From Candidatus Bathyarchaeota archaeon (lineage in GTDB: Archaea; Thermoproteota; Bathyarchaeia; 40CM-2-53-6), in the NCBI GenBank assembly GCA_963833125.1, contig CAWHWX010000004.1:64001-128000 (forward strand): a stretch of DNA of 64,000 nt. Reading direction: 5' to 3'. The position numbers and the translations under genes are program-made. The notes below the pieces were generated by a model. That model saw nothing but the letters and a program-made list of their open reading frames with translations. It was not told the origin of the DNA and ran no database searches. The first letter of the stretch is position 1. The number at the start of each line of letters is the position of its first letter. Positions 61,474-64,000 of this stretch are shown here, one piece after another.

Positions 61474-62242
61474 TTCAGTCAGAAGCAGCCAATCACTCCA
61501 GAAGAGGAGCATTTCCAGCCAAATTCTCGCCAGTATTCTAGTTAATTCGATTTATGAAATGCAGAACTTTCCGGTCGTTCTCATCAACACGGTTCTTTCC
61601 CCTCTCTCGTTTCTACTAGTGATCGTTTTCGTAAGTCACGGGTCGTTGCTTGGCGAGGCGATTCAGGGGGGGTTCATAATGAGCATGTTTTCTGCCGGTA
61701 TCGGACTTCAGGGAGACCTCTCCCACTTGAAGAATGATTTCAAACTTCAAGATATGGTTGTTAGCTCGCCGACCAGTTGGCAGGTTTACATGTTCGGGAT
61801 GGCGATCTCGGAACTAGTCTATTCTCTCCCGGCCCTCGTAGTTCTCGGAGTGCTTGCGTATTACTTCATGAGTTTGAGTGTTTTCGGCCTTTTGGCATTT
61901 GTTGGGGTGCTCATTCTTATGTTCCTAACTTCTATCGCAATCGGTTTCACTCTTTCAACATTCTCCACCGATATCGTGCAAAGCTTCGCCTTCTCGAGGC
62001 TAATTTCAACGCTCTTCTCGACGATTCCGCCGGTCTATTATCCGATTACGTACATTCCACTTCCTTACAGATACATAGCATATCTTTCTCCGACAACTTA
62101 TGCTGCGGAGCTTGCGCAGAATGCTGGTGGGTATCTTCCTCTATCGTTTACGTCAATCGTCTTAGCCTGGGCAATTTTGATTATCGTTACTGTATGTCTG
62201 TTTGTTCTTGCAGGAACCAAGGCTAGATGGAGAGAGATCTGA
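61466..62242 (+). CDS. ABC-2 type permease
   Basis: 6 TM; PPVYYP..IP...LSPTTYA; overlaps the ATPase stop. Confidence 0.88.
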   Translation: MNDSVRSSQSLQKRSISSQILASILVNSIYEMQNFPVVLINTVLSPLSFLLVIVFVSHGSLLGEAIQGGFIMSMFSAGIGLQGDLSHLKNDFKLQDMVVSSPTSWQVYMFGMAISELVYSLPALVVLGVLAYYFMSLSVFGLLAFVGVLILMFLTSIAIGFTLSTFSTDIVQSFAFSRLISTLFSTIPPVYYPITYIPLPYRYIAYLSPTTYAAELAQNAGGYLPLSFTSIVLAWAILIIVTVCLFVLAGTKARWREI

Positions 62243-62316
62243 TTAAGGCTTGGGGCAGATCGGTGAAAGGGCGTTTTCGCGTATGTGATGTTCTTGAGAG
62301 ATTCGAACTCATTTGG

Positions 62317-63871
62317 TTATTCGGGTGGAAGTTCTTTGAAGACTAGGCTCAGATCCAGTCCTTTCTTTCCGTAGTACCATTTCCCTATCGGGTAGAGTAG
62401 TGCGCCAAGGATCCAGAAGAAGAGCATGATTGCCCATGACACTGGGTTGACTCCGTAGAATGGGAGGGCGAGCAGCTGGTAGGTTACGTATAGGAAGAAT
62501 GGTGCGACCAGTAAACCGGAGACTATGAGGGCGGGACCGGTACCTCCCAATTCCTTCTTCTTCCTCCATCCATAGATAATGGCCGTTATCCCGATGAAGG
62601 CGAAGAACACGCTGCCAAGTGCGGTGGTTGTGTAAAGTGATGTCCAGTTCGTTAAGTCGGCTATGAATACCATTGGAACTGCGACTATGAAGCTCAACAG
62701 CAGAGCCGCTGTTGGGGAATGAAACCGATCGCTGACGTGGGCGAGTTGGACCGGAATTAGCCGATCGAAACTCATTCCGAGGATATAGCGGGAGATCGAA
62801 AGAATGGTTTGTTGAAGCGAAGCTAGGTACCAGACGGCAAATGTTAGGTTCATCACCCACATCAAGGCGACATTATCGCGAATCGCAATCGTTGCGATAG
62901 TCAGCATGTTCGGGACTACGCCCATGCCATATAGCGCCCCGGGCCAGGAAATTGGTGCTTGCATTGCGAAGTTGAAACCCAAACCCCAATTGAACAATGC
63001 CACGAACCCGGCTAACAATACCCCACTGAAGACACCGGGGAGAATTGTGCCTATCCACGCTGACTTTTTTAAATTCTTGATTTCTCCCGGAGAACGCTGC
63101 AGCGTTGTTAACCCAAGGCAATGTGAAGAAGAGCCAAGGAAGGAGAAGTAGCACGCCAGAGAGCGACGCACCGGGGCCCGTGTACTGAGATGATATCTGG
63201 TTATATGAACTGCCGTTTTGTGTTAGGAAGTTTGAGACAGCACTCTGTATTCCCGTTGGGCCGAGGCCTAGAAAGACGCCCGCCATAATCAGCGTCCCTA
63301 TGAGAGGTATTATCGTTAGGATTGCAAGCAGGTGGAATCCCGATCGAGGTGATACTATGTCAACGGCTGTCACCGCAGCGATCAGGAACAATCCTAAGGC
63401 GATCAGCGCCGTTGGCGTTGTCATCATGGCTGAGAAGGAGGTTAAGCCAGTGTTTCCAGTTACGGCCGCAATTGTCGATAGGCTCGGCGCAAGTGAAAGT
63501 GTAACAAACCAGTTTGCTGACACGGCTAAGAAGGGTAGGCCAGTGAAGACGAAGCCGAGGACGAGTGCACCGCCCAATATGGGTCCAATGGTCCTGCTCA
63601 TCCACACGTAATCCCCTCCCGTTCTCCCTACTGAACGAACGATATGGTAGAAGATGAAGGCCTCGAAGATGACGAAGAACATTAACAACAGCGTGGCATC
63701 GACCGCGTTCCCACCGGGGTTCCCATCCGGAAAGAAGGAGTTCGCAATGTTAATTAGCAGCAGACCCGTGCCGAACCCTATTTCGCCAAGCATGGCAAAG
63801 AATAGTGTCCACGGGCTTACGCTCTTGACAAGACCCGTAGCTTCCCTAACGAAGACCTTTGGCTTCGACAT
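62317..63871 (-). CDS. APC family amino acid permease (indel near 63090)
   Basis: FVREATGLVK, RTGGDYVWMSR, GEIKN, SRY...FDRLIP and FKELPPE. Confidence 0.88.
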
Positions 63872-64000
63872 GATCTAAGATGTCTGGGTCGATGCGGATT
63901 TAACATTTTTCAAGTATTACATACAATCGGAACTATCACCATTTAACCCGGCATTTTTTCAAGAATGGAAAGGCTTGAGCTAGTTCCAATCCGACTCGCA

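Noticed and set aside
1-64000. CRISPR arrays, tRNA/rRNA genes, transposases, integrases, defence operons
   Set aside because: None recognised by eye; intron-split tRNAs or small guide RNAs could be missed without tRNAscan-SE/Infernal

Overview
Archaeal chromosomal segment, most consistent with a TACK-group archaeon such as Bathyarchaeia. This is inferred from gene content (L10e, Csl4, RpoL, TFS, PCNA, PriL/PriS with Zn-ribbon insert, GINS, L44e-S27e-aIF2alpha-Nop10, AglB, CarS, RadB) and is not proven. Mostly housekeeping: an information-processing cluster (13.5-26.3 kb), N-glycosylation, lipid and glycine-cleavage genes (26.3-33.8 kb), and an aromatic amino acid region with an ask-asd-aroA'-aroB'-aroD-aroE-aroK-aroA-aroC operon converging on a chorismate mutase-aminotransferase fusion plus tyrA (35-46.3 kb). 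Accessory detox, redox and transport genes lie at 2.8-13.5 kb and 46-64 kb. About 15 genes, several essential, are split by single-base indels, most likely uncorrected sequencing errors. No tRNA, rRNA, CRISPR array, integrase or transposase was recognised. Best leads: (1) a Phe/Tyr/Trp-containing uORF with hairpins and a U-tract ahead of the aromatic operon (possible archaeal attenuator); (2) a eukaryote-like STT3/AglB with Ig-like tail close to an OSTC/OST3-6-like gene; (3) a PAC4-like proteasome chaperone; (4) several apparent CTG/ATA start codons, one revealing a double zinc-ribbon gene missed by the ORF track. All family calls come from motif recognition by eye; no searches were run.
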